Shown: positions 26,005 through 35,484, counted from the stretch's first letter. The stretch: 42,629 nt of DNA from a virus (IMGVR_UViG_3300033153_008261:1-42629), one strand, 5' to 3'. Notes: generated by a model not told the origin, from the letters alone. Program-made: numbers and translations.

Positions 26005-27261
26005 TTACTTGTTCGTCGAGCTGGTCTCTGCCCGCGTCAAGAAGTTCTCATTGGCGATGAAGACCTTGAAATCGGTCTTCCAGCCAATCTTCCTGCGCTG
26101 CATCAACGGATCGCTGTCCGACGGCTGTTTCGGGGTCAGCATGGCTTTCACCCGGTTCAGCTCGGAGCACATCAGGGCCTGTTTGCCCAAGACGAACGTG
26201 AAATGCACATATGTGTCATCTGCGTTCGGCGTGGCGGGGGCCACATCGCCCGAGGTCGGAAGTGAGATCACATCGACGTTCGCACTCAGCGCGTTGCCGG
26301 CACTCTGCTTGTACAAGGTGCCGCCATTCGTGCCGAAATACAGTGTACACAGGCTACCGGCGTTCGCTGCGGCGGGCAGCGCGGCTGGCATCTGCACACG
26401 GACCGTGCCTTCGCCGCCGGCCGTGGCCTGCTGCTCGACTGGTCCAATGAACAACTCGAAGCCCGTAAGGATGTCACGAATCACGATCTTGAAATCGTAG
26501 GTCGTGCCACCGGTCAGGGCGCCGCCTGCCACGCTGGAGCTGGCCTGCGCGGCGACGTTGCCTTCCTGAACGTACGGAATGAAGTTGGAGCGAATCCAGC
26601 GGATTCCCTTCCAGGTCCCGATCTCGTTCACGAACAATTTCTTGATCGCCGAGTACTGGGCCGCATTCAGGAATTTGGTGTCTTTCTGAATGTCTTCCAT
26701 CACATACGGACCGGCCACGCCGACGAGTTCGTCGCCGCCACCGAACGGGATCGCGCCGTAATCACGAAGATCGGCCACGATGGCACCCGCCAGATCCGTC
26801 GTCATGACGTCGGCTGCCTGAACCGCCGTACGGTTCGCGGAGCCGCCACCGTAGACCACATTCGTTCCGGTCAGCGCCACTTTGATGGCTTCACGATCCA
26901 GGGTTTCGGACGCCTGGAGGGATGCCAGCTGAATGGCCTGCTGGAGGACGGGATGCGTTACGGAGTCGATAGCCACGTCGGACAACGGGATGACCGCGCC
27001 CCACTGATCCAGAACCGCCGTCACGACGGTGATCGACATCGCTGTGTCGCCCGGCGTCACTGACTCGGTGAGGGGATCGAAGGGGAGCTGAACGCGCTCG
27101 TACCGCGTGTACTGAATCGTACGACCGTGCATCGCGGGCATTTTCACTTTCTCGCACAGCTGGTACATGACCAGCCGTTTGAGGGCCAGGGACAACAGCT
27201 TCTTAGCGATATACGTTGTGATATCGCCAGAGAAGTTAGCGGAAAGGGTGTTAACGGCCAT
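26005..27261 (-). CDS. Major capsid protein, N4-gp56-like family, with an inserted domain
   Basis: MP..HGRTIQYTRY, LTESVTP, L.QWG....SD, NEIG..KGIRWI, DPLMQRRKIGWK. Confidence 0.9.
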   Translation of the reverse strand: MAVNTLSANFSGDITTYIAKKLLSLALKRLVMYQLCEKVKMPAMHGRTIQYTRYERVQLPFDPLTESVTPGDTAMSITVVTAVLDQWGAVIPLSDVAIDSVTHPVLQQAIQLASLQASETLDREAIKVALTGTNVVYGGGSANRTAVQAADVMTTDLAGAIVADLRDYGAIPFGGGDELVGVAGPYVMEDIQKDTKFLNAAQYSAIKKLFVNEIGTWKGIRWIRSNFIPYVQEGNVAAQASSSVAGGALTGGTTYDFKIVIRDILTGFELFIGPVEQQATAGGEGTVRVQMPAALPAAANAGSLCTLYFGTNGGTLYKQSAGNALSANVDVISLPTSGDVAPATPNADDTYVHFTFVLGKQALMCSELNRVKAMLTPKQPSDSDPLMQRRKIGWKTDFKVFIANENFLTRAETSSTNK

Positions 27262-27313
27262 TTGAGGGCCTCCTTTGAATTACTACGGCATGGCGTTATT
27301 GCCGTTGCCGCCG

Positions 27314-28018
27314 CTAGAACCCCCCATCGGGGATACTGGCATTCAAACGAGCCTCCTGTTCCTCCAAACTTTCTTCCGGTACGGCCGAGGCGGGCGCGGG
27401 AGGGGTCTGAGGTCCGGCGGGGGCCGGAGCCGGAGGTACCTGGGGCGCTGCTGCCGGTGGCGGTGAAGCCGGGGCGTCAGCGGGTCCGGGTGCAGCCGGT
27501 GCCGGAGGTGTGGCTGGCGCGGCCGGCTGGGATTTATCCAGCTTTTGCGTCAGTTGGAGCATTGCATAAGCGTGCTCCATGTCGATCGGTACGCCTGTCT
27601 TCTGGTAATGACCCAGCTGATAGCGTCTGATCTGGTCCACAGATCCGGACTTCTCAGTCCCGTATTTTTGCAGGAATTTGATCTCATCCTGCTGGTTGGC
27701 TACCTGAGCGATAAGACCCCGCATTTGGGTCTCTTTCTTGTCCAGTTTGGTATCAACAACCCTGTTCAACGCAGCTACCGTGGATTCATCAATTCCGAGT
27801 TCTTCGGCGTTGAGTTCCTCGTTTGCTGGTTGAGGCTGTTGGCCTTGCTGGAGCTGGCCGATAAACTGGTCTTTGACCTGCATATCGCCCTCAAGCTGCC
27901 TTACGCGACTCAATACCTCGTCCAAACGGTGTTTGGGAACCATCTGCTCTTGAGCTGCTGCCGGTGCAGCCCCAGCACCACCATCGGTGGCCTGATTGGT
28001 AGGATCGGCTTCGGTCAT
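27314..28018 (-). CDS. Capsid scaffolding protein
   Basis: MVPKHRLDEV motif (VP..RF.EV type), coiled coil, Pro/Ala-rich tail; directly upstream of the MCP. Confidence 0.78.
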   Translation of the reverse strand: MTEADPTNQATDGGAGAAPAAAQEQMVPKHRLDEVLSRVRQLEGDMQVKDQFIGQLQQGQQPQPANEELNAEELGIDESTVAALNRVVDTKLDKKETQMRGLIAQVANQQDEIKFLQKYGTEKSGSVDQIRRYQLGHYQKTGVPIDMEHAYAMLQLTQKLDKSQPAAPATPPAPAAPGPADAPASPPPAAAPQVPPAPAPAGPQTPPAPASAVPEESLEEQEARLNASIPDGGF

Positions 28019-28115
28019 AACGACTCCTTCGCCTGGATACCGCCAGTTCGGGTAGGTTTATCGGTCGCCCTACAACGAATTCATTAATGTAATTTTTACT
28101 CGGTGCCGTTTTTTG

Positions 28116-28448
28116 TCAACTCTTTTTTATCTGTGAGACAGGCGCGGCCTTTTTGTGCCTTTTATTTTTGACCTCGGCTTTTGCAATTTCCGCCTTTTTC
28201 AGCTTTTCGTACTGGGCGACGACCAGGCTAGGCATCTTGTGCAACAATTTGAAGCCACGGATCAGCCCCTGGGTCATCCGGATGTCGCTCTCATCACCGA
28301 GAAAGACCAATTTTTCCTTATAGGCCTTCTCGTTTGAGATCATCAGCTTGACGTAAATAGCCCAAATAGGCGATCGAACAAGGGTTGCCAGCTGTTCCAG
28401 GTCTTCCTTGGTCAGCGTCTCGATATCCAACTGCTCTGCATAACTCAT
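28116..28448 (-). CDS. Small portal-adjacent hypothetical protein
   Basis: L..L.RSP.W...QG.IRG pattern typical of the small gene between portal and scaffold. Confidence 0.7.
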   Translation of the reverse strand: MSYAEQLDIETLTKEDLEQLATLVRSPIWAIYVKLMISNEKAYKEKLVFLGDESDIRMTQGLIRGFKLLHKMPSLVVAQYEKLKKAEIAKAEVKNKRHKKAAPVSQIKKS

Positions 28449-30580
28449 GCTCTGGTTCCACTCCCGAGGTCTCCGGCGGACGCGGCCGGCGAGAGCTGGG
28501 TCCTATTACCCGAACCCTTGGACCCGCCCTTTTGCTGTTCGGCCTGCCCGTTGGCCTGTGCCGCAATGGCTGCCTGACGGTTCTGCTGCATCCGTTGCCT
28601 CAGATCGCGTTTGAACTGCAATTGCATGGCATGTTTTTGCATGTGCTCTTGCAAAGGCTCGATATACTTGTCAGATTCCTTCTGACCAGCGAAATTCTTG
28701 TGGGTTTCCAGGTGGGCCTCGTCCTCGTCGCTGAACTCGACGTTGATCTCCAGATCCTTTTTGAGCATCTTGTGCTCCAGCTCGGGGTCCTGAGACTGAC
28801 CGAATTTCAGCTCGTCACCGAAGATCTTGTCGGCGTCCGGAAGGCGGAAGCCCTCTTTCCAGATCATCTTGATCATGGCGGGGAAGCTCACCCGCATCTG
28901 GCCCATGATCTCGGGAGGCAATGTGCCGAAAATCTTAAGCATATCAAGCAGTTGCCTTGTCAGCACTGCCTGGTTCTGCATATTGGATGCGACCTTCCAT
29001 TGGTACCGGTACACCCCGACCAACCCCACCTGGGTGATCAGCAGGCGCTTCCAATTCCGCGCATGTGCTCCGAGCACCCCGATAACCACGTCTTCGGTGA
29101 GATGCTGGTCCGTGAGCATCTCCCATTTTTCCATGAGGGGCTGCAAGACCTTGATCTCGGCCTGCATGGCAAAGGATTTCCGATCCACGAATAGGACGCG
29201 GTCCACGATATCCGCCTGCGTGGCCGATCTGGCCTTTCCTTGGAGCTGCGGTGCCAGCGCGGGCGCCTGGTCGGAAAAATCCTGGATCTGCGACCGGAGC
29301 TGGGCAATGGCCTGGTATCCCACCGGGGTGAGATCCGGAATCGCGGCCGGCTTGATTCCGGCAGGGTTGACCCACCAGATTCCGCCGGGTTCGATCTCAA
29401 ACGAGCCTTTATTTCCGGCCATCGCGGGGTCGATGAACATGAGGGGATTGAGGGCCAGTGTAGCGGAATCCATGGCCTGCTCTTGCTTGGAGTTGATCTC
29501 GTACTGCATGTACTGGATCGCCTGCGGGATGCCCTGTCCGTACAGTCCGGCGCCGGCTTCCGGCGTGATGTAGGTATCGAAAACGTAAGGGGCTTCCTGG
29601 TCGTAATTCCAGTTCCGCTTGATCATGCCCACGAATTCGTTCTGGTAGATGTCGATCACGACCGGGATCGGAAGATCCTTGTCCTCGCCCGGCTCGGCTG
29701 CCTCGGGCAGATACAGGGACGTCCAGATCTGGGACTTCAGGATATGCCCCTTTTTCATCAGGTTGTCTTTTTCGTTCAGGTCGGCAACGCCCATGGTGCC
29801 GTCATTTGTCACCTGTAGACCACGGTCCTCCATGCGCTCGATGTCTTTCTCCAGCTCCTCCATTTTGTAGGCATCGGAGTTTCCGCTCTTGATGTCATCA
29901 ATCCCGACCAATTCGCCACGCTTCTCGCTGCGGATCAGGTCTTCCATACTGACAACGTCGTGCTCTACGCATCCGGCCTTCCGCCAATCGGCGGCCTTGG
30001 GGTCCAGGGCGTACCAGCGGAACATGCTCAGAGGCTTGAATTCCGGGCCATCGAATACGGTCTGGTCTTTCCCGGCCGGACGAACCTTGCGCTTTTTGCC
30101 GGCCCCAACCAGTTCATTACGGAAGACACGCTTGGTCTCTTTTCTCCACTGGATCTTGGCCACGGAGTTGCCAAACAACACTTTCTGCCTGCAAAACTGG
30201 TGATATTCGATCCGTAAATCGGCTCTGCGGATCTGGTCCAACCGGAGCTGTTTCTGCATTTCCGAGCCTGGCACGGTGCCCCCGGGGCCATCCGGCATGA
30301 CATCGAAGAAATCCTCACTGGGGAACGCAGCCTCAACGAGCTGACGGGTCTGGGCCTCGACGTTCTTCCGGACCTCCGGGATATACAGCTGTGCTCGGCC
30401 ATTGTACGTGCTGGAATCGTCCTTCTCGACGTTCCACATCTTCGAGAACCGCTCCCAGTCCATCTCCATCTCTTCCCGGTCCAGCTTCAATTGCCTGGTA
30501 ATAGGGGCCAGTTGATTCTTCACCCGCTCTCTGATTTTGGCGTTCTTGGCAAAGTTTCTCTTCCAGACGGATTCGGCCAT
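28445..30580 (-). CDS. Portal protein (P22-like podovirus type)
   Basis: 711 aa after TerL; YGQGIP....MQ.EIN....AMD, PGGIW, ARSATQ motifs; Gln-rich C-terminal barrel. Confidence 0.9.
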   Translation of the reverse strand: MAESVWKRNFAKNAKIRERVKNQLAPITRQLKLDREEMEMDWERFSKMWNVEKDDSSTYNGRAQLYIPEVRKNVEAQTRQLVEAAFPSEDFFDVMPDGPGGTVPGSEMQKQLRLDQIRRADLRIEYHQFCRQKVLFGNSVAKIQWRKETKRVFRNELVGAGKKRKVRPAGKDQTVFDGPEFKPLSMFRWYALDPKAADWRKAGCVEHDVVSMEDLIRSEKRGELVGIDDIKSGNSDAYKMEELEKDIERMEDRGLQVTNDGTMGVADLNEKDNLMKKGHILKSQIWTSLYLPEAAEPGEDKDLPIPVVIDIYQNEFVGMIKRNWNYDQEAPYVFDTYITPEAGAGLYGQGIPQAIQYMQYEINSKQEQAMDSATLALNPLMFIDPAMAGNKGSFEIEPGGIWWVNPAGIKPAAIPDLTPVGYQAIAQLRSQIQDFSDQAPALAPQLQGKARSATQADIVDRVLFVDRKSFAMQAEIKVLQPLMEKWEMLTDQHLTEDVVIGVLGAHARNWKRLLITQVGLVGVYRYQWKVASNMQNQAVLTRQLLDMLKIFGTLPPEIMGQMRVSFPAMIKMIWKEGFRLPDADKIFGDELKFGQSQDPELEHKMLKKDLEINVEFSDEDEAHLETHKNFAGQKESDKYIEPLQEHMQKHAMQLQFKRDLRQRMQQNRQAAIAAQANGQAEQQKGGSKGSGNRTQLSPAASAGDLGSGTRA

Positions 30581-30582
30581 GC

Positions 30583-32001
30583 TCAGTACCCCGTGTATCG
30601 GTTGCGCGTTTTGTACCGGAACCTGCGCCTTTTCTGGTGGGCGAGGTGAGAATTCATATTATTGACTATAACATAGCGATCGTTGTCCACAACATGATCG
30701 TAGTAGCCATCCTTCAGGGGCTTTCCATCATCCCCTCGATGGTATCCCCCAGCGTACGCTGATCGGGTCACTGTGCAAGAGGGATCAACGAGGAACAGCG
30801 GGATATCCGGAACCTCCTGCTCTGTGTACTGGTCTGTGTACGGTGCGCGGCCGATTATCTTGCCTTGGATCTCATCCAAGCCGGTCCGGACCACCCCGCG
30901 CTTGAACGCTACGTGGATCTGATGGTGATTTCTGAGATATTCGATCGAACTCTCGCCGACGTCCTTCTTGTCGATCCCATGCGGATCACCGTAATGAAAC
31001 GTCGGGTACCCCTCGGCAACCAGGGAGCGGTGCATGTCCTTGAATCTTTTGGTGAAATCCGGGAGGTATTCCTTCACACCAAGCATCTCCCGGAGCTTCA
31101 GATATCGGCCTGTCAGCGCCTCCTGCTGGGAAAAGCACACCGACGGGTGGTTGAATCCAAAGTCCCAGCCGCACAGCAGAGGGTAACTCTCGTTTACTTT
31201 CAAAGGCCTTACGTTGTTGATGTCGTGCCAACCGTGGATCACCGGCCGGCCCTTCATGATCACGCCCCAGTGCCCATGGATCATGGCCGGAATCTCGATC
31301 GGGTCCAGGGTCTGTTCCAGATCCTCGATGTATCCCGGGGGCAGGTTCACCCGGTTGTCGTAGGTGTCAAACCGGAAATTCTCCAGATCCCATCCGGGCT
31401 TGCTGGCCAGGTCGTGAATCCAATGATTCGGCGGGACCGGGTTGAACAGCAGTGCCAGGCAGTACGGGACCGGGACGAACCGGCCGTCGATTTTGATCTT
31501 CTGGCGCATCCGTTGGTTAAGGATCTTCACAATCTCCCACGAGTCGTTCTCGTCCGCCTCATCGATCAGGGCGCCTGCGATCTGCCAAGACTTGAAATTT
31601 GAAGGGGTTTTCAGCTCCTCGAAATGGACCACTGCACCATTCTTGTAATAAAGGATGTTCTCATTGGCCAAGAACGTGTCAATCGTATCAGGCGCCACTA
31701 CCTCTTCGAGATACTCGGCCTGTGTGGTGGCTTTCAAATCGGAGATGTTCTTCCGGCCGATAATCCAACGGCTCCCGGGGTACCGCAAAGCCATGTTGTT
31801 GATGTGCTCGCCTCCCCAGCGAGTCTTCCCGGAACCAAGGCCGCCACGGCATATTTTAATTCTGGCCAGAGATGTGTGGCCTTTCACTCCGACGGGGTCA
31901 AGCGGGACGTACTGGGTCTTGTCTACCTTGATCAGGCTTTCGAACTTCTCCTGATCCGTCGTCCCCTCCATGAACCTCTGTTTCGGGCTTCTTAATTTCA
32001 T
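30583..32001 (-). CDS. terL: Terminase large subunit
   Basis: Walker A GGLGSGKT, Walker B ALIDEA, coupling motif LFNP, nuclease GWDFGFNHPS and DHVVDNDRY. Confidence 0.95.
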   Translation of the reverse strand: MKLRSPKQRFMEGTTDQEKFESLIKVDKTQYVPLDPVGVKGHTSLARIKICRGGLGSGKTRWGGEHINNMALRYPGSRWIIGRKNISDLKATTQAEYLEEVVAPDTIDTFLANENILYYKNGAVVHFEELKTPSNFKSWQIAGALIDEADENDSWEIVKILNQRMRQKIKIDGRFVPVPYCLALLFNPVPPNHWIHDLASKPGWDLENFRFDTYDNRVNLPPGYIEDLEQTLDPIEIPAMIHGHWGVIMKGRPVIHGWHDINNVRPLKVNESYPLLCGWDFGFNHPSVCFSQQEALTGRYLKLREMLGVKEYLPDFTKRFKDMHRSLVAEGYPTFHYGDPHGIDKKDVGESSIEYLRNHHQIHVAFKRGVVRTGLDEIQGKIIGRAPYTDQYTEQEVPDIPLFLVDPSCTVTRSAYAGGYHRGDDGKPLKDGYYDHVVDNDRYVIVNNMNSHLAHQKRRRFRYKTRNRYTGY

Positions 32002-32605
32002 ATTTCGCCTCTATGGCGTCCCCTTTGGCAATCCGCTTCGCGTTGTGCTGATTGATTTCTTTTTCAGTCGGGACCGGAATATTATTGTTAACCACGATGG
32101 TTGTTCCACCGGTACCCTGCGCCTGCTGGGCTTCCTCGAACACACCCAACTCTTTGCCGGCGCGGGTTATCCCGAGTTGTAAGTTGTTGATTTCCCTGAC
32201 GACGGCCGCGACCTCTTTACCGATTTCTCCGAGGTTGTTTTTCAGTTTTCCTTTGTCGTCAAGCATGGCCTTGCCCATATACTTCTCAAGGCGATTTGCC
32301 AGCATTTCGTTGCGGGTCATCCAACGACGCAGCAACAGGATGCCGTCTGCACGGGCGCTCCCGCGCAAGGCTCGCATGATCAGGACCCAGCCCTTGTTCA
32401 GCCGGTTTTTGAATCCCAGTGCTCGCCGGATCTGGGTCGGGGTGAAGCCCTTCTCAAGCTGGCTGGTGACAAATTGCAGCACCTCATCTGGGACCTGATT
32501 GAGCTGGATCTTATCCCAGAGATCTCCGTCTTCGTGCCGCTGGATAATGCCCATGCATTGTTCGCGGGCCTCGTTATACTCCTTACAATTCGATACTTTA
32601 GGCAT
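31898..32605 (-). CDS. Putative terminase small subunit
   Basis: Immediately upstream of and overlapping terL; HTH-like GFTPTQIRRALG, helical core, C-terminal TTIVVNNNIP strand. Confidence 0.6.
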   Translation of the reverse strand: MPKVSNCKEYNEAREQCMGIIQRHEDGDLWDKIQLNQVPDEVLQFVTSQLEKGFTPTQIRRALGFKNRLNKGWVLIMRALRGSARADGILLLRRWMTRNEMLANRLEKYMGKAMLDDKGKLKNNLGEIGKEVAAVVREINNLQLGITRAGKELGVFEEAQQAQGTGGTTIVVNNNIPVPTEKEINQHNAKRIAKGDAIEAKYEIKKPETEVHGGDDGSGEVRKPDQGRQDPVRPA

Positions 32606-32790
32606 CAACCCTCACCGAAATAGATTGCGACACCGAGTAACAATACAACCAGAGCCAACCAGGCGAACTGTGCGCCTACTTCCTTTTTGTGCTGCACATC
32701 CCTCCAATTCATGACGTCACCGCACCGCTTACAACGCGCTACCTGAAGAATCGGACCCCGCCCCCACTCGTGAATCAGGCACCCCATCAT
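32605..32790 (-). CDS. Small Zn-binding membrane protein
   Basis: C..HEW...CKRC followed by a C-terminal TM helix. Confidence 0.6.
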   Translation of the reverse strand: MMGCLIHEWGRGPILQVARCKRCGDVMNWRDVQHKKEVGAQFAWLALVVLLLGVAIYFGEG

Positions 32791-33046
32791 GGTCTCCCTC
32801 CAGGGCGTTTACCCGTCCTTCAAGGGTGGACACTCGATCACCCAGCGTCAAGGGCTGCATCGGCAATCCGCCATTCATCCACTCGATGAGCCTCTGGGCC
32901 GTCTTGTACGATGGCACCCCACCCCTTTCGATACGGTGGACGGTGGCATAACTGACCCCGGTCTCAACGGCTACCGCACGGAGCGTCTTGGCCGATGTTG
33001 CCCTGAATGTCTTGAGTTTCTTCAATTGTTCAAATACTTGTTCCAT
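32729..33046 (-). CDS. XRE/Cro-family HTH regulator
   Basis: TLRAVAVETGVSYATVHRIERGGVPSYKT; C-terminal coiled coil RVSTLEGRVNALEG. Confidence 0.88.
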   Translation of the reverse strand: MEQVFEQLKKLKTFRATSAKTLRAVAVETGVSYATVHRIERGGVPSYKTAQRLIEWMNGGLPMQPLTLGDRVSTLEGRVNALEGDHDGVPDSRVGAGSDSSGSAL

Positions 33047-33082
33047 GTAACAAGATTTAACAATTTGTTAATTTTGTGTCAA
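33047..33082 (-). promoter_or_regulatory. sigma70-like promoter giving a leaderless HTH mRNA, with a palindromic operator in the spacer
   Basis: Minus strand reads TTGACA-17nt-TAAATC (preceded by TGn), then 7 nt to ATG. Palindrome TTAACAA-T-TTGTTAA at 33057-33071. Confidence 0.6.
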
Positions 33083-33083
33083 A

Positions 33084-33127
33084 TAAAAAGGCCGATCGCC
33101 TTTATTTGGGGAAAAGACGAACGGCCT
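33084..33127 (-). terminator. Putative terminator after the metallophosphoesterase gene
   Basis: AGGCCG/CGGCCT outer stem with an A-run on the plus strand (T-run on the minus strand). Confidence 0.4.
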
Positions 33128-33179
33128 CTATAGTCGTGTGAGTTCCTAACAGATATCAAGGGTTGGGTTCTGTCTCTAA

Positions 33180-34283
33180 TCACTCCTGCGCTGACTCGGC
33201 GGAATTACCGAAGTCCCGAGCAGTATACCTGACTCCCCCGACCATCGCAAATCCGCCAATAATCAGAACCGGTTCCGGGTATGGAACGCCTTTGTGGATG
33301 TGGCAGATCGAGAAAGATTTATTCCACTTCGTGATATCTGGGACAAAATCCTCGGCCAGCTCGTTGCGGCACATCGAACCCATGGAATCCCACCATTTCA
33401 AGCCGTCCGGAACACGCCAGGTGAACATCTGGTGGTTGTGGTCGTGGCCGGAGATCCCGCACATCTGGTATTTTCTGGACTCGTTCACGGCATGGTGAAT
33501 CGCCGTAGACTTGCCATGGGTTATAGTAAGGCAGTTACTGTAAACCTTGTATCCATAGGCATGTCCGGCCCGGCGGTCCGAGGTCAGGAAAGTCGGGTTG
33601 GCGATCAGATTGATCTCCAGAGCGTCCAGGTCGAACAGCTTGGCAAATTTCAGGCTGTCCAGGGAACTCAGAGCCGGCGCCTGGCCACAGATATATTTGA
33701 ACAGCCACTGCTCGTGGTTTCCCCAGATCCAATCGATCTGAGCACTCGGGGCGGCCTCTCGTATGCGGCGTAGCATCTCGTTCTTAATGAAATCGATTTC
33801 ATCTTGGAGGGACAGGGCGCGGGACGGGTCCTTCTTGAACGGTGAGATCTTGTAGAAATCCGGGATATCGCCGGCCAGTACAATGATGTCCGGCTGAATC
33901 CGCTTCACGGAGTCCAGGAAAACCTCGAAGGCGAACAGATCCACGAAATGACCGTGGGTATCGGACATGGTCATGATCGTCAGATCGCCCTGACATTTTT
34001 TGTCATAGCGGCCGCTGTACGGTAGGATCTCTTTTTCGAATACCAGGAAGCCGTCCTTGGCCTCCCGGTATCGTTTCATCTCGCGCTCCCAGCTTGTGTC
34101 ACGCTTTTTTCTGGGGGAGATGAGGCCAGCCATCCTGGTCAAGGCGTCGTAGCCACCGGGCAGTTTGTCGATACGATGTTCTGGGATTCCGGATATCCGG
34201 ACGAATTCCCACCGTAATGGGACGCGGCCGAGATCTGCCTTGATCTCTTTGAGAGCCGCCACTGCCTTGTGGAGGTCTTTCAC
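33180..34283 (-). CDS. Calcineurin-like metallophosphoesterase with N-terminal helical DNA-binding-like repeat
   Basis: SDTH, GDIPD, GNHE, THG, SGHDH motifs; N-terminal LGRVPLRWEF resembles the homing-endonuclease-associated repeat. Confidence 0.88.
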   Translation of the reverse strand: MKDLHKAVAALKEIKADLGRVPLRWEFVRISGIPEHRIDKLPGGYDALTRMAGLISPRKKRDTSWEREMKRYREAKDGFLVFEKEILPYSGRYDKKCQGDLTIMTMSDTHGHFVDLFAFEVFLDSVKRIQPDIIVLAGDIPDFYKISPFKKDPSRALSLQDEIDFIKNEMLRRIREAAPSAQIDWIWGNHEQWLFKYICGQAPALSSLDSLKFAKLFDLDALEINLIANPTFLTSDRRAGHAYGYKVYSNCLTITHGKSTAIHHAVNESRKYQMCGISGHDHNHQMFTWRVPDGLKWWDSMGSMCRNELAEDFVPDITKWNKSFSICHIHKGVPYPEPVLIIGGFAMVGGVRYTARDFGNSAESAQE

Positions 34284-34304
34284 TAGGCAATTATCGCCTA
34301 TTTT

Positions 34305-34538
34305 TTACACTCCGTCAAAGCACGCACCGCCAAACAGGGGAACGCCCTCGCTCTCGACCGGCCGGATGATCACTACGCTGGCGCCGCAAACGGCGCACTC
34401 ATCCCTCGCCATGGCTTGAACGATCCCATGCTGACAACAAGGACAACGGAAACGCCCGCCCGCCAGTTCGTCCTGGCAGCGCATGGCTTTCTTGTCCCCA
34501 CGCTTTCTGACGTATATTTTCCAGGTTCCGTATGTCAT
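34305..34538 (-). CDS. Small Zn-ribbon protein
   Basis: CPCC...CAVC. Confidence 0.55.
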   Translation of the reverse strand: MTYGTWKIYVRKRGDKKAMRCQDELAGGRFRCPCCQHGIVQAMARDECAVCGASVVIIRPVESEGVPLFGGACFDGV

Positions 34539-34719
34539 CGTTTATAGATATTAACATTGTTTAACAGACCTGTAAAATGATGTCCCGTCAGCTACGTTTC
34601 TGAGAGTACACGGGACCACGTACCCCGAAGAAGCGGCGCCGGGAAAACAAGTAAAACCCGCGCCAATACGCACGTAGCCTTCACGTCCAATGTTACAAAA
34701 GCGATACCGGGTGAAACAA

Positions 34720-34995
34720 ATGATTGCCATGCCCGGATCTCGATGGTACCAGTTTCGTATGAACTATTCACATAAATGCGCGGTCTACAAGGCTCCCGAT
34801 TTGAGGCCTGAAAACAGGCTTTTTTTCGGGAAACTGATCCACATACTTCCACACCCGGACAGACACAAGAACGCCACCGGCGTCGTGGTCGATAAAGACG
34901 GGAAGTGCCACGAGGTCTCCGTATCCCTGATCAGGATAGCGACCTGGCTGGCCAAGGAAGACTATAAAAAACACGGGTGGGGCAGCGATGAGTAA
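34720..34995 (+). CDS. Hypothetical protein
   Basis: First gene of a plus-strand operon; GGTGA RBS before ATG 34720. Confidence 0.6.
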   Translation: MIAMPGSRWYQFRMNYSHKCAVYKAPDLRPENRLFFGKLIHILPHPDRHKNATGVVVDKDGKCHEVSVSLIRIATWLAKEDYKKHGWGSDE

Positions 34996-35245
34996 TTGCA
35001 AACCTTGTTACCCAGGATCTCATCCCGGCTTCAAACGGCACGAGGGCGAGACCCAGACTCAGGGCCTTGCCCTGTGGGGGAAAAAGCGTAAGGAGAACCT
35101 CGAAATCCTGGAACACAAGATTATGGAGGCCGTCGTGCAGGCCTGGTGTACACCCAGAAACGAGAACAAAACATTCGATCCTGATTTGGCCGAGGACATC
35201 ATCAAAGACGTCATGGTCCGGGTTCGGGAAGTAACGGAGCTGTAA
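34988..35245 (+). CDS. Hypothetical protein
   Basis: AWCTPRNENKTFDPDLAEDI pattern; coupled to both neighbours. Confidence 0.7.
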   Translation: MSNCKPCYPGSHPGFKRHEGETQTQGLALWGKKRKENLEILEHKIMEAVVQAWCTPRNENKTFDPDLAEDIIKDVMVRVREVTEL

Positions 35246-35484
35246 TGAAATTCAGATCAATACCAGTAGAGAAAGAGGCGATTCAATTCACAGGGAAAAA
35301 TAACCGGGAGTGCCAGGCGTTCATCGAGGGTAATTACGATAACACACTGAATTATCCGAACATCAAAACGCTTGAGGGCACGATGCGCGTTGACGAGGGT
35401 GATTGGATCATCAAGGGACTCAGGGGCGAATTTTATCCCTGCAAGCCGGACATCTTTGAGAAATCATATGAGAGGGTGGAATAA
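35245..35484 (+). CDS. Widespread small phage protein, probable Acb4-like cyclic-nucleotide sponge
   Basis: KF.S.PV..EAIQF...IKTLEG.M....GDWIIKG..GEFYPCKPDIFEKSYE. The family is easy to recognise; the Acb4 assignment is from memory and needs an HMM or structure check. Confidence 0.55.
   Translation: MKFRSIPVEKEAIQFTGKNNRECQAFIEGNYDNTLNYPNIKTLEGTMRVDEGDWIIKGLRGEFYPCKPDIFEKSYERVE

Noticed and set aside
27380-27530. GC-rich quasi-repeats as a separate DNA element
   Set aside because: Explained by the Pro/Ala-rich tail of the scaffold protein.
7001-32500. Numerous plus-strand ORFs of 60-270 aa opposite the structural genes
   Set aside because: Antisense shadows of long GC-rich minus-strand genes; no motifs or RBS.
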